Assembly: GCA_965217865.1 (NCBI GenBank)
Contig: CBDCJO010000002.1
Location: 1,760,001-1,824,000, forward strand
Length of the DNA: 64,000 bases
Reading direction: 5' to 3'
Source of the DNA: Candidatus Latescibacterota bacterium
GTDB taxonomy: Bacteria; Latescibacterota; UBA2968; SICM01
Below are positions 34,536 to 44,244 of the stretch, one piece after another. Each line of letters begins with the position of its first letter. Within the stretch, counting starts at the first letter, position 1. The notes under the pieces were generated by a model. It was given only the letters and a program-made list of their open reading frames with translations, did not search any database and was not told the DNA's origin. Made by a program: the position numbers and the translations under genes.

Positions 34536-35053
34536 CCCCCCCAAACTTCTCGCAGTTCATTCATTCAACTTCAGGTTAGGTCTCCCCCCCATGTGAGACC
34601 CACCCCTCAATCCCCTCCAAAGGAGGGGATTTTCATATTCAAGACGTATGCCCAACAAAAGCGAATAGACGACCCGCCCCAAGTGGTCCTTCACGACCCT
34701 GCTGTTCTCGTCCCGCTCCGGGGGGACCTTCCAGATTGATCGTAGTGTCATTTAACAGAAAAGGGTGGATTGGGAAAAAGCGTGAAGATTTTGAAGGCTT
34801 TGGCCTGATCCAAATTATCTATTTAACAAAGCGTAATTATAGAAGCTTGACGCCTCCATCAGCCAAATGGCAAAGGCCAAATATCAGAGTCGCCCAAAGC
34901 GCACTTGAAAAAAGCCCCGCTGAAATAGTGAATGTCTCAGGACACCAGCTTTCTACGACCAAGGTAAACCTATCGCTGGCTTCGCTTCGCTCAGGCGCAA
35001 CCAAATAGATGTCCGCATCTTACGGAAAAGTTGTAGTATAAGTGTCTAAAACC

Positions 35054-35083
35054 GAGATCCTTCGCCTTCGGCTCAGGATGACA
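35054..35083. repeat. REP-like element
   Basis: GAGATCCTTCGCCTTCGGCTCAGGATGACA. Confidence 0.7.
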
Positions 35084-35156
35084 TTTTTGATTTGAGCTGT
35101 CTGTAAGATTGGTTTAAAATCGATCCAATAGATAGTGTAGATAGAGGCAAGAGACG

Positions 35157-35661
35157 TCACCCATTTTGGTTTTTCTGCCTCGACTTCTTCCTCGGTGATG
35201 ACGTATTTAGAGCCACTTTAAGCACATTTTCCGGGTTCGGAGCTGCATGCCGAATGCGATGAGCCATAAACCAGGCCGTCTGATAGGAACCCAATCCTAA
35301 TTCTCTTTTCAGCTGCATAGCAGAGATACCTTTCTTGCTTGAGTAGAACAAATGAAAGGCCAGTATCCATTTATTCAGGTCAATATGAGTGGATTCCATA
35401 ACACTACCGACCGTCACCGTATATTGATCCCTACACCCATTGCACTGAATAACCCCTGCCCTGTGTGCCGTTCCGTTAAGCTTCGTTGATTTCCTCGATC
35501 CGCAATGGGGGCAAATCGGACCATTGGGCCAGCGTATCTTCTCCAGGTATTCAAAGGCCTCATCTTCACTAAGCTGTGCCGCTTCTGAGAGATTCATTTG
35601 CAACCTCCTTCTTTATGCTTATATTATACACACAAAAGAATACTTTGTAAAGCAGATAACC
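35157..35661 (-). mobile_element. IS1595-family remnant (Zn-ribbon and HTH, 35157-35603; DDE domain missing)
   Basis: RWPNGPICPHCGS, QCNGCRDQYTVTVGS, SSKKGISAMQLKRELG..YQTAWFMAHRIR; end GGTTATCTGCTTTACAAAG. Confidence 0.88.
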
Positions 35662-35721
35662 ATTTTAAGTAGAGAGCAGGTGATTGTCGTGAGACACGGA
35701 AGCAGGCGTGGCCGCGTGAAG

Positions 35722-35862
35722 CGTCGATCAAATCCCGACCGTTCATATAAAATGCAAATTAAGTTACGATCTTACAGTAGATTACGCACGATCGAGGCGC
35801 TTCGGTAGTGCCGCACCTTTGGAATTGTGAATACGTGTTCACAATTGGGTTGGACCCACTAC
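35722..35862 (+). pseudogene. Internally deleted duplicate of the 5' part of the DUF1016-thermonuclease gene
   Basis: Matches ~36071-36139 joined directly to ~36333-36403. Confidence 0.8.
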
Positions 35863-35903
35863 GAAGGGTCTCAACTGGAACAGGTGATTGTTTTCAGAAA
35901 AAC

Positions 35904-36011
35904 CGAGATCCCCTTCGACTCCGTGGCCAAGACCGGCCACTCCGCTCAGGACAAAGCTTCGCCGGAGCATGTCCTGAGCGAACGAAGTGAGCCGAAGGGC
36001 TCAGGATGACA
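35904..36011. repeat. Nested REP-like element
   Basis: GAGATCCCCTTCGACTCCG...CGCTCAGGACA...TGTCCTGAGCG...GGCTCAGGATGACA; same flanks as the 35054 copy. Confidence 0.75.
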
Positions 36012-36100
36012 TTTTTGATGAGAACTGTCTCAAAGACAAAGAGAAATCGATAAACCTCTTTGCTATGAGACGTCGATCAAAACCATACCGGTCAGATAAA

Positions 36101-37138
36101 ATGCAAATTAAGTTACACCCTTACAGTAGATTGCGAACAGAAGTCGTCCAGGCCCTGACTTCAGGAAAGGAGCAGGCCCGGCGGGCGGTGGAGGCCGTTC
36201 GTGTGGAGACGTACAGCCAGGTGGGCTGGCTGATCCACGACCATTTGCTCGGCCATAAAGAGCGGGCGGACTATGGGGACAAGGTGGTAGATCGGCTTTC
36301 GGGAGACGTAGGCTTGAGCAAGCGACTGCTTTACGAGGCAATTCGGTTGTACCGCACATTTGGAATTGTGAATACGTATTCACAATTGGGTTGGAGCCAC
36401 TACCGAGTGCTGTTGGCGGTGCCTTCAGCCCGGGAGCGGACGTTCTATCGACGGCAGGCGGACAAGGGGAGTTGGAGCGTGAGGGATCTGGAGGACCAGA
36501 TCCGCGCCGGTGCGTATTCCGAGAAGGAAAGGGGTACGAAGAAGGCCGGGCAATGGTCACGGGGAAGATCGAAACCCCTGCCCGCACTGCGCGGAATGCT
36601 CTACACGTACAGGGTGATCGATTCGCCTTCCGGAGAAGGTCTGCGGCTGGACCTGGGGTTCAACATCCACGCTACGTGGCCGATTTCCAGATTTAAAATG
36701 GGTGAACTTAAATCAGGCGAGATCGTGATGTCCGAGTGGGAAGAGGGGGATAGGGAATTCGTCTTTCGGACCGTGGAGGGACGGGCGGCCGGTCTCCACT
36801 GCTATATCGCCCGGGTTCTAAAGGTCGTCGATGGGGATACAATTTGGCTGGATATCGACTGCGGATTTGGGACCTGGACGCGACAGAAAGTCAGACTTCG
36901 CGGGATCGACACACCGGAGATCTCTACACCGGGAGGCAGGCGGGCGCTGCAATGGGTCGCGGATAGGCTGGCGGGGGCGGGGGTTGTGGGGGTGACGACG
37001 ACAAAACCCGACAAGTACGATCGATACCTGGCGGACGTGTTCTACCTGGAGGGAACGGATGAGCCGGAAGGGGTGGTTCGGGAGGGGAGGTTTCTAAACG
37101 GGGAGCTTCTGAAGAAGGGGCTGGCAAAGCGATTATAG
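36101..37138 (+). CDS. DUF1016 (YhcG) N-terminal domain fused to thermonuclease (SNase) domain
   Basis: VETYSQVG..I, RADYGDKVVDRLS, LGWSHYRVLL, WSVRDLEDQI; SNase motifs VVDGDT, VRLRGIDTPE, DKYDRYLADVF, LNGELLKKGLA. Confidence 0.88.
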   Translation: MQIKLHPYSRLRTEVVQALTSGKEQARRAVEAVRVETYSQVGWLIHDHLLGHKERADYGDKVVDRLSGDVGLSKRLLYEAIRLYRTFGIVNTYSQLGWSHYRVLLAVPSARERTFYRRQADKGSWSVRDLEDQIRAGAYSEKERGTKKAGQWSRGRSKPLPALRGMLYTYRVIDSPSGEGLRLDLGFNIHATWPISRFKMGELKSGEIVMSEWEEGDREFVFRTVEGRAAGLHCYIARVLKVVDGDTIWLDIDCGFGTWTRQKVRLRGIDTPEISTPGGRRALQWVADRLAGAGVVGVTTTKPDKYDRYLADVFYLEGTDEPEGVVREGRFLNGELLKKGLAKRL

Positions 37139-37377
37139 AAGAAATCGGTAAACTTAAATTAGTTTTCGCCTGGTTTGACATCAAAGACAAAACAACTATC
37201 TGTTTTCAATGGCCTGCAGGCGTGAGGTGGGTTATATTTTGAAGGAAGCGAACGAAATTCCATTCAACCAAGGCCTGTATCGCGCTGATGGATACAGAAA
37301 CCTGTTTCGCGAGAATCCGAGAATCAACCTCACTGTCCTGTGTGGCCCTTGTCACAAGGCCCACGAGGGATGGGACG

Positions 37378-37704
37378 ATGAAATACATCAATCGACATTC
37401 AATTTTGGGATTCTTGACCGGGACTGCGGTGACGATATGGTTTATCGGATCGCTCCTCGCATTGTTCGGGTGTGGATCTCAGAAATACGTCTACACGGGG
37501 GACGAGGGCTTTGGGAACAGCAGCGAGAATGACTGTCCGATTTGCTTCGTGAATGACAAGATTAACCGGTCGTTCCTGGCCGGCCACAAGTGCGGACCGG
37601 AGGCCTGTGCGGATCTTTTACAGTGTCTGTCGGGGCACCAATGGAAGCAGATTGTCGAGGCGTGCGAGATGAAGAAACAGCTGCAGAAGGAAAAATTACA
37701 TTGA
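37378..37704 (+). CDS. Hypothetical Cys-rich lipoprotein
   Basis: Hydrophobic N-terminus with lipobox-like LFGC; CPIC and further Cys/His. Confidence 0.6.
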   Translation: MKYINRHSILGFLTGTAVTIWFIGSLLALFGCGSQKYVYTGDEGFGNSSENDCPICFVNDKINRSFLAGHKCGPEACADLLQCLSGHQWKQIVEACEMKKQLQKEKLH

Positions 37705-37753
37705 CAACGGGCAAACAGCTCCCCCCAAGCCTGATCTTTATGACGATTCCCAT

Positions 37754-38428
37754 ATGAACTCCACAAATCGACCCACACGCATCCTGATCCTGGATAGCGA
37801 ACCCCTCGTCCTGAAAACGCTCGATCCTCATCTCAGATCTTGTAACTTTGATCCTGTGACCACCTCCCGCTGGACCGAAGCGATGGAAGTGATTACGCAC
37901 GACCCACCCGACATTATGCTTCTGGACCCTCACATGCCTACCGTTCAGGGAACCGCTGTCCTGGAATTCATCCAGGGTCAGGAACTCACCTTTCCTGTAA
38001 TCGTCGTGTCCGCCCACCTCGAAAGAGAAAACCTGGAGGTCCTCCGCCGCCTGGGCGCGGTTGAATTTATCCCCAAACCCTTTCAGTTGAAAGAGATCGT
38101 TGATACAATCCGAAAAACCCTGAAAGATCGGGCGACTCTGCTTAAGCCATTGGTCCGTGAAAATAGCCCCGATCACCATGCCGACGTCAAGGATTCAGAA
38201 CCGAATGGATCCTCCCCCCTTCCCGATGTGGAACAGGGATATACCGCCCTGGAGCAGGATATCTCGGAGATCATCGAAACGTTACCGGAGGCTGGCTCAC
38301 AGCAAAAGGATAAAAAACATCGTTATCGCCCAGACCATCAATATCGTTCCGGCCACCTTCTGTCCCGGAAGATGCTTGTCTATGTTCTGATGGCCCTTTC
38401 CGGTCTAATTTTCGTCATCTTCGGATAA
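37754..38428 (+). CDS. Response regulator receiver protein with C-terminal membrane anchor
   Basis: ILILDSE, DIMLLDPHMP, VIVVSA, FIPKPF; hydrophobic C-terminus. Confidence 0.85.
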   Translation: MNSTNRPTRILILDSEPLVLKTLDPHLRSCNFDPVTTSRWTEAMEVITHDPPDIMLLDPHMPTVQGTAVLEFIQGQELTFPVIVVSAHLERENLEVLRRLGAVEFIPKPFQLKEIVDTIRKTLKDRATLLKPLVRENSPDHHADVKDSEPNGSSPLPDVEQGYTALEQDISEIIETLPEAGSQQKDKKHRYRPDHQYRSGHLLSRKMLVYVLMALSGLIFVIFG

Positions 38429-38507
38429 CACCCGAATCCAGGCCCACAAGTCAGCAAACTTTAGCCGTGGCAAAACTAATCATTTTTACAACCTGCAAAA
38501 TCGAACC

Positions 38508-38987
38508 GTGAGAACAGTCCTCCTGATCTGGATTCTCTTCGGTCTCGCTGGAGGTTTAATAGCGGGAACAAGGGTGGCCAAACCCGGAAAATGGTTCTTT
38601 TTCTGCCTCCTTCTCGGCCCGTTGGGCCTTCTGTTGGCGATATTCACAGGAAAACAATGCCCTCATTGCACAAACCGGATGCACGAAAATGCCGAAACGT
38701 GTCCAAAGTGCGGAAAACCCAGCCGGGAAGGGGATGAATCCGCCACCATCGAAGCGGAGAGCGAGGTCATTTCGGATGTGGAGGTCGTCGAACAGCTCGA
38801 AGTTCCAGAACAGGAGGCCCTCGAATTCTTGCGGCTTAAGCTTCGGGATTATCGTGAACAAGATCGTGAGAAAGCTCTAAGCCATATCTACGATCTTCTC
38901 ATCCGCAAGGGGTTTCCCCCCGGGGTCTCACGGAATGCCGCAATGCGGAAGTGGAGAGAAATGGAGGAGCCAAATCCGGAGGAATGA
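38508..38987 (+). CDS. Membrane protein with zinc ribbon
   Basis: Two hydrophobic segments, then CPHC..CPKC. Confidence 0.75.
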   Translation: MRTVLLIWILFGLAGGLIAGTRVAKPGKWFFFCLLLGPLGLLLAIFTGKQCPHCTNRMHENAETCPKCGKPSREGDESATIEAESEVISDVEVVEQLEVPEQEALEFLRLKLRDYREQDREKALSHIYDLLIRKGFPPGVSRNAAMRKWREMEEPNPEE

Positions 38988-39035
38988 TCCCAGCCTAATT
39001 CACGATGGGTTTGAGGTAGGAGGACAAAGTCAACT

Positions 39036-39395
39036 ATGACGGAAAAAGCCGGCAAGGAGGAACGAACCTGGGCGATGCTTTGTCACCTTAGCCCGATGGT
39101 CGGTTACCTCCTCCCATTAGGAAATATCCTTTTACCGCTTTTGATCTGGAAGCTCAAGAAAAGTCAATTTCCCCTGGTGGAAGACCAGGGCAAAGAGTCA
39201 TTAAATTTCCAAATCAACCTTACGCTTTATTTCCTTTTCCTCATGGTGCTCAGCCAGATAGAGGTCCTCGCCGGATTCGCCATGGTTGTGTTCAGCGGGT
39301 TGGCGATTTTCATGTTAGTCATCCTTGTTTTCGCTGCTATTCGGGCCAACCGTGGCGAACGATATCGATATCCCTATACGATCGAATTTGTCTGA
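39036..39395 (+). CDS. DUF4870 domain membrane protein
   Basis: ERTWAMLCHLS, QGKESLNFQI, ANRGERYRYP. Confidence 0.9.
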   Translation: MTEKAGKEERTWAMLCHLSPMVGYLLPLGNILLPLLIWKLKKSQFPLVEDQGKESLNFQINLTLYFLFLMVLSQIEVLAGFAMVVFSGLAIFMLVILVFAAIRANRGERYRYPYTIEFV

Positions 39396-39483
39396 TATCA
39401 TACATTCTGTCTCCTCATGGTCTCCTTTCCAACCCTCTGAAATTTTCCTTGATTGAAGTCGCAAACCCGTAACTTAATCTAAC

Positions 39484-39512
39484 TTGACAGATAGCTCATA
39501 AACTACCATACT
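39484..39512 (+). promoter_or_regulatory. Sigma70-like promoter
   Basis: TTGACA-N17-CATACT upstream of the epimerase gene. Confidence 0.55.
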
Positions 39513-39609
39513 TTGTTGGGACGAGATTGACCACTTTATCTATTTGATCATTTGTTTCACCAAAGGTATTGATTTTTCGGTTTATTTCCGGACGCAGAAA
39601 GGAAACGGG

Positions 39610-40608
39610 ATGAAACACTGGGAAGGAAAGTCCGTCGCAGTGACGGGAGCCGGTGGTTTCATCGGAAGCCATCTCACAGAAAAGCTCTTGGGCCTGGGCG
39701 CTTCTGTCACAGCATTCGTCCGGTACAATTCACGAGGTGACGAAGGATTTTTAAAATTGATTCCCACAAACCTTCGAAAGAATTTGGAAACCTTATCGGG
39801 AGACCTCACTGATGTAGAAAGTGGCGCCTTGATTTTTAAAGGCCGCAAAATCGATGTTGTATTCAATCTCGCCGCTAAAATTAGTATTCCATATTCATAT
39901 ACTCATCCGCAAGAAGTGGTCGATAACAACCTGACAAGCACCTTGAACATTCTTTTGGCTTCACGGGACGCAAACGTGAATAGATTTGTTCAAACGAGCA
40001 CAAGTGAAGTTTACGGGTCCGCACAGTTTGTACCGATTAATGAAGCACACCCTAAACAGCCACAATCCCCATATTCAGCCAGTAAGATCGCTACAGATGC
40101 GATTGCATTGAGCTTCCACTACACCTACGGATTGCCGGTTTCAATTGTCCGGCCGTTCAATGCTTATGGCCCTCGTCAATCTGCCCGAGCCGTGATCCCT
40201 TCGGTGATCATTCAGGCATTAACGCAAGATGAAATTTTAGTCGGGACGACAACGACCACCCGAGACTTCACCTTTGTATCCGATTTGGTTGAGGGATTTT
40301 TGAAAGTCGGTGAATCCGAGAATGCTGTCGGTGAAGAGATCAATGTGGGGTCCGGCGTAGAGGTTTCTATTAAAGACACGATCGCCAGAATTGTGGATGT
40401 TTGCGGGCGAGACGTGCGTATCCGAAATGATGAAGCAAGAGTACGTCCGGAGAAGAGCGAGGTACAACGCCTGCTCGCAGACAATCGAAAAGCCAGATCG
40501 CTTGTAGGGTGGAAACCAAAGGTGAATTTTAGAGACGGTTTGAAAAGGACCGTCGATTGGATCAGGGGTCACATTTCAGACTATGACCCAGGACGATATA
40601 ATGTTTAG
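39610..40608 (+). CDS. NAD-dependent nucleotide-sugar 4,6-dehydratase/epimerase
   Basis: VTGAGGFIGSHL, TSTSEVYG, PYSASK, RPFNAYGPRQ. Confidence 0.93.
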   Translation: MKHWEGKSVAVTGAGGFIGSHLTEKLLGLGASVTAFVRYNSRGDEGFLKLIPTNLRKNLETLSGDLTDVESGALIFKGRKIDVVFNLAAKISIPYSYTHPQEVVDNNLTSTLNILLASRDANVNRFVQTSTSEVYGSAQFVPINEAHPKQPQSPYSASKIATDAIALSFHYTYGLPVSIVRPFNAYGPRQSARAVIPSVIIQALTQDEILVGTTTTTRDFTFVSDLVEGFLKVGESENAVGEEINVGSGVEVSIKDTIARIVDVCGRDVRIRNDEARVRPEKSEVQRLLADNRKARSLVGWKPKVNFRDGLKRTVDWIRGHISDYDPGRYNV

Positions 40609-40617
40609 GAGGTTCGA

Positions 40618-41335
40618 ATGAAGGCGGTTATCCTCGCCGGAGGTATGGGAAAACGTCTTCGTCCCTATACGTTTTCTATACCCAAACCTCTTCTGCCTAT
40701 CGGGGAGCGACCCATCCTGGCGTTAATTATCGACCATCTAAAGCGTTTCGGTGTTGATGAGATTATCTTATGTGTGGGGTATCAGGCGGAGTTGATTGAG
40801 GCTTTTTGCGGCGATGGGGGGAACTTTGGTCTGCGGATTTCTTATGTTAAGGAAAAAACGCCTCTCGGTACGGCTGGGCCCTTGTGTCTGACACAAGACA
40901 AAATCAAGGCCGATGAAACCTTCATCTATATGAATGGCGATATAATTACACGGCTCGATTTTGGAAAGCTTATCGAGTTCCACAAAAATGGTGGTTACGA
41001 GATGACAATCGGATATACCGCTTTTAATTATCAGGTGCCCTTTGGTGTACTGAAATTGAACGAAGGAGAGATAAAGGATATCGTGGAAAAACCCATTAGC
41101 GAGTATTCAATTAGTGCGGGAATCTATTGTATGACCGGAAGCGTAATAAAACACGTGCCGGGGAATGAACCCTTTACCTTGCCAGAACTGGCAAAGGCCC
41201 TGATTCGCATGGGAAAAGTTGTAAGGTGCGTATCCGATAGAAGAGTTTTGGGTCGGCCTGGAAAGTCGGGCCAATATCGATGACGCATTGGAGGAGATTG
41301 GTCGAATAGAGAAAGACTACCTGGAAAATTCGTAA
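40618..41335 (+). CDS. Sugar-phosphate nucleotidyltransferase (frameshift near 41225)
   Basis: ILAGGMGKRLRPYT..PKPLLP, PLGTAG, NGDI, EKP; the expected tail GAYPIEEFW continues in another frame. Confidence 0.88.
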
Positions 41336-41448
41336 CCGCGCAGTCCGTAATTCTGGCCTCCTAAAACCCGATCTGTTTTTCTCCTGCAAAAAACTCCCTT
41401 CGATCCTTCTTCCTTGTTCCCCAATAATATATTACCCCACACATTCTT

Positions 41449-42612
41449 TCAATCAAGCGTCACGAAGATCGATCGACGTGGTTGATTGTTTATTATACGC
41501 GATCGATGACCGTGTCCGTCCGTATCTTCGGCCAGCAGGATATCTCCGCCTCGAAATCGCCTTTTGGACCCGTCGCCGACTTCAATTTCAACCTCCCCGT
41601 CCAACATAATGATATACTGTTTCCGCGGGGCGTTGTGCCAGTCATAATCGTAGTCGGGAGTGTTTTGACGAAAAATGATTCCGGTTGCTGGAAAGACCTT
41701 TGACAGCCGTCCGATCTCCCCGGCGTCTTCCAGGGGAATTTCCATATCTTCGAAATGGGACTGACCGTCGGGGCCGGTATAAAGACGGGTAATTTCCACG
41801 GCATCCACCTGGTCTTCCGGGGAAACTTCCCGCAGGGCGTCCTGATGGCGAGGATCGATATATTTTCGGGCCCACGCCCCGCATACCGCCCCGACATAAA
41901 CCGAATCGGCCTCGTGTGACAACAAGTGATCGGCCTCATCCAGCGAAACAAAACTCTTTGGATGTCTTGCCGCTTTGAAAATCCTGGTCGCATTTTCGAT
42001 TCCAACTGTATTGTCTATTGGGGAATGGAAGATTAGAAGCGCGCCCTCTAGATTCCGAATCACCTCTTCCATATGGGATTCTTCGAGATCGTCTAGAAAC
42101 TGTTTTTTTATCTTGAATTTTCGACCTGCGAGAACGACTTCGGCTTCCCCCTCCGCCTCAATCTTTTCCCTTCGACTTCCTAGAAGATGGGTAACGTGCC
42201 GGGGGTCGGCAGGCGCGCCGATCGTTGCCACCGCGGCGGAGGTTGGGATTTTCGCCGCCGCCAGCAGGACCGCAGCACCGCCCAGAGAATGTCCGATTAA
42301 AATCTTCGGCCCCTCGAACTCCGCTTTGAGGAAATCGGCCGCGGCCACGAGGTCGGAGACATTCGAGGAAAAATTCGTATCCGCAAAGTCACCTTCGCTC
42401 TCCCCTAACCCGGTAAAGTCGAATCTCAGCACTGCGATCCCTTCATCCGTCAACCCCCGACTGATGTGGCCGATCGCCTTCAGGTTCTTCGTGCACGTGA
42501 AGCAATGAGCAAACAGGGCGTAAGCGATCGGCTGTCCAACGGCCGGTAGATCGAGACGTGCTCCAAGCACCTGGCCTTCCGTATTCTTGAAAGAGAGCTT
42601 CCTAAACGGCAT
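41449..42612 (-). CDS. Alpha/beta hydrolase (OsmC-associated type) fused to a cupin domain
   Basis: AYALFAHCFTCTK, LIGHSLGGAA, HSPID, ADHLL; cupin WHNAPRKQY..GEVEIEVGDG..EDTDGHGHRS. Confidence 0.88.
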   Translation of the reverse strand: MPFRKLSFKNTEGQVLGARLDLPAVGQPIAYALFAHCFTCTKNLKAIGHISRGLTDEGIAVLRFDFTGLGESEGDFADTNFSSNVSDLVAAADFLKAEFEGPKILIGHSLGGAAVLLAAAKIPTSAAVATIGAPADPRHVTHLLGSRREKIEAEGEAEVVLAGRKFKIKKQFLDDLEESHMEEVIRNLEGALLIFHSPIDNTVGIENATRIFKAARHPKSFVSLDEADHLLSHEADSVYVGAVCGAWARKYIDPRHQDALREVSPEDQVDAVEITRLYTGPDGQSHFEDMEIPLEDAGEIGRLSKVFPATGIIFRQNTPDYDYDWHNAPRKQYIIMLDGEVEIEVGDGSKRRFRGGDILLAEDTDGHGHRSRIINNQPRRSIFVTLD

Positions 42613-42707
42613 CTTGACCTCACATTTTTCGGATTATACCTGTAACCACGGCGGTTCTCTCACCATCTCATAACCCGCCCGGGGGATGAACGGCGGCGGG
42701 GGGATTC

Positions 42708-43530
42708 TTAGAGGCGAAATATTTTCTCTGCGTTCTTCCGTGTGATACGGTCGAAAGCGTCCTTCGAGAGACCCATCTTCCGGATATATTCGACGATTGG
42801 CGTTTCCTGTCCAAGCTTAAGAATATCTGTGGCGAACAGCATCCGATGCTTCCATCGTTTGAGGAATGAGAAACCGAACTCCGGATCGCGCGTGATCGCG
42901 TTGTACCCGGACCCGGCTGATAGATCCGCATAGAGATTGGTGTACTTGCTTAATAGTTCGTCGATCCTTCCCCCGTAGACGGACGGAACCCCCCGGAAAT
43001 GGAATGTTGGGCGATGGCCGGGGGGAGATCTCCTTCCAGAAATTGGGAGAGTGTCCGATAAAGTTGACATTCCTGTAAGTGGCCAGCATACGCTCAAATC
43101 CCGGAAGTCCGGGCTTGTCCCGGTTGATCCAGGAGTCGAAGTGCATCACCATCGCCAGCTTCAGTCGGTCGCACGCCTCATAAACGCGCTGCTGCATGGG
43201 ATCGTCTACGGTGAGGCCACAGAGGTTCTCCCCGTACCCGACGCAACCCTGATCCATGTAATAGGCGATGATGGGTAAGGGTTCGAATTTCCCTGGATAA
43301 CGGTGGCGGGGATCTACGGCACACAGAGGAAAAAGTCGGTCCCGGTGCCGCTTCGTCATTCGGAGGAGGTCTCGACTCGTAACAAAACAATCGACTTCCT
43401 CCGGGGACTCCACCGCCATGACCAGCGCCTTTTCAATCCCTTGTCGGTCCATCCAACGGAGGAGCTGCGAGGGTTTTAATCCTGGATCGTCTGAAAGGAG
43501 CCTTCCGAGATGGGTGTGGGTGTCGATCAT
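42708..43530 (-). CDS. Amidohydrolase_2 family protein (frameshift near 42980)
   Basis: IDTHTH, VMHFD, FIGHS; then NLYADLSAGSG, LFATD in a second frame. Confidence 0.85.
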
Positions 43531-43653
43531 GAACCCGTCGTCCTTAAAATACCTTTTCCGTGAGGCGTCATCTGTCTGCTTTCTCATTTATGAGGAATTA
43601 TTCTTTGAGTAATTCCGAAACGGAACCCAGAATTTCCTGAACGGAAAAGGGCT

Positions 43654-43959
43654 TTACAAGAATTCGGTGCGCACCCAGATTTTGAGCCGCTGGAAGGCGG
43701 TTGAACCTCCCTCTTGCACCCGTGATGGCGATAATTTTAGGTTCGGAAATTCCCGGCGGATTTCTCGGATAATTTCAACCCCATCTTTTTTAGGCAAAAA
43801 GATATCCGTTATGATCAGGTCGACGGAACCCTGCCCGAGAAGCCGTACCCCCTCTTCGCCGTCTGATGCCTCCACAATCTGGTGTCCGGACTTTTCTAGG
43901 ATATCCAGGCATAACTTCCGGACCAGTTCATCGTCTTCAATGACTAAAATATTCGCCAA
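43654..43959 (-). pseudogene. Single-domain response regulator (frameshift near 43735)
   Basis: ILVIEDD, DLIITDIFLPKKDG; IIAITG continues in another frame. Confidence 0.8.
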
Positions 43960-44244
43960 ACCAATTCGCTCTCTTCCTTCATTGACGATCTTCTATAATC
44001 TTCTATGCTGAAACTGTTGGCCGTGTGAGATGAGTGGACTATGGTTGCATAGTAATTTTCAGGGAGTCATAAGTCAAGCCAAATCAAGGCTCTCTTTTGC
44101 GATCCTGAGGGAACTCAACTTCATCATTGGAAATGGCTTTATTTGGGCCGTGAACTGATTTATTATTGACAATGGATGTCGTTTTCCCGATGCTATTCCA
44201 AACCTAATACATATGGCGATAATTCGGTTCTAAAAGGAGTAAAA

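Noticed and set aside
34515-34542. tRNA or tmRNA suggested by minus-strand GGGGGCACAGGTTCAAAC
   Set aside because: No cloverleaf, acceptor stem or CCA end could be built
35722-36405. Template/variable repeat pair of a diversity-generating retroelement
   Set aside because: Several differences fall on A in the gene copy, but others do not, there is a large deletion, and no reverse transcriptase is in the window
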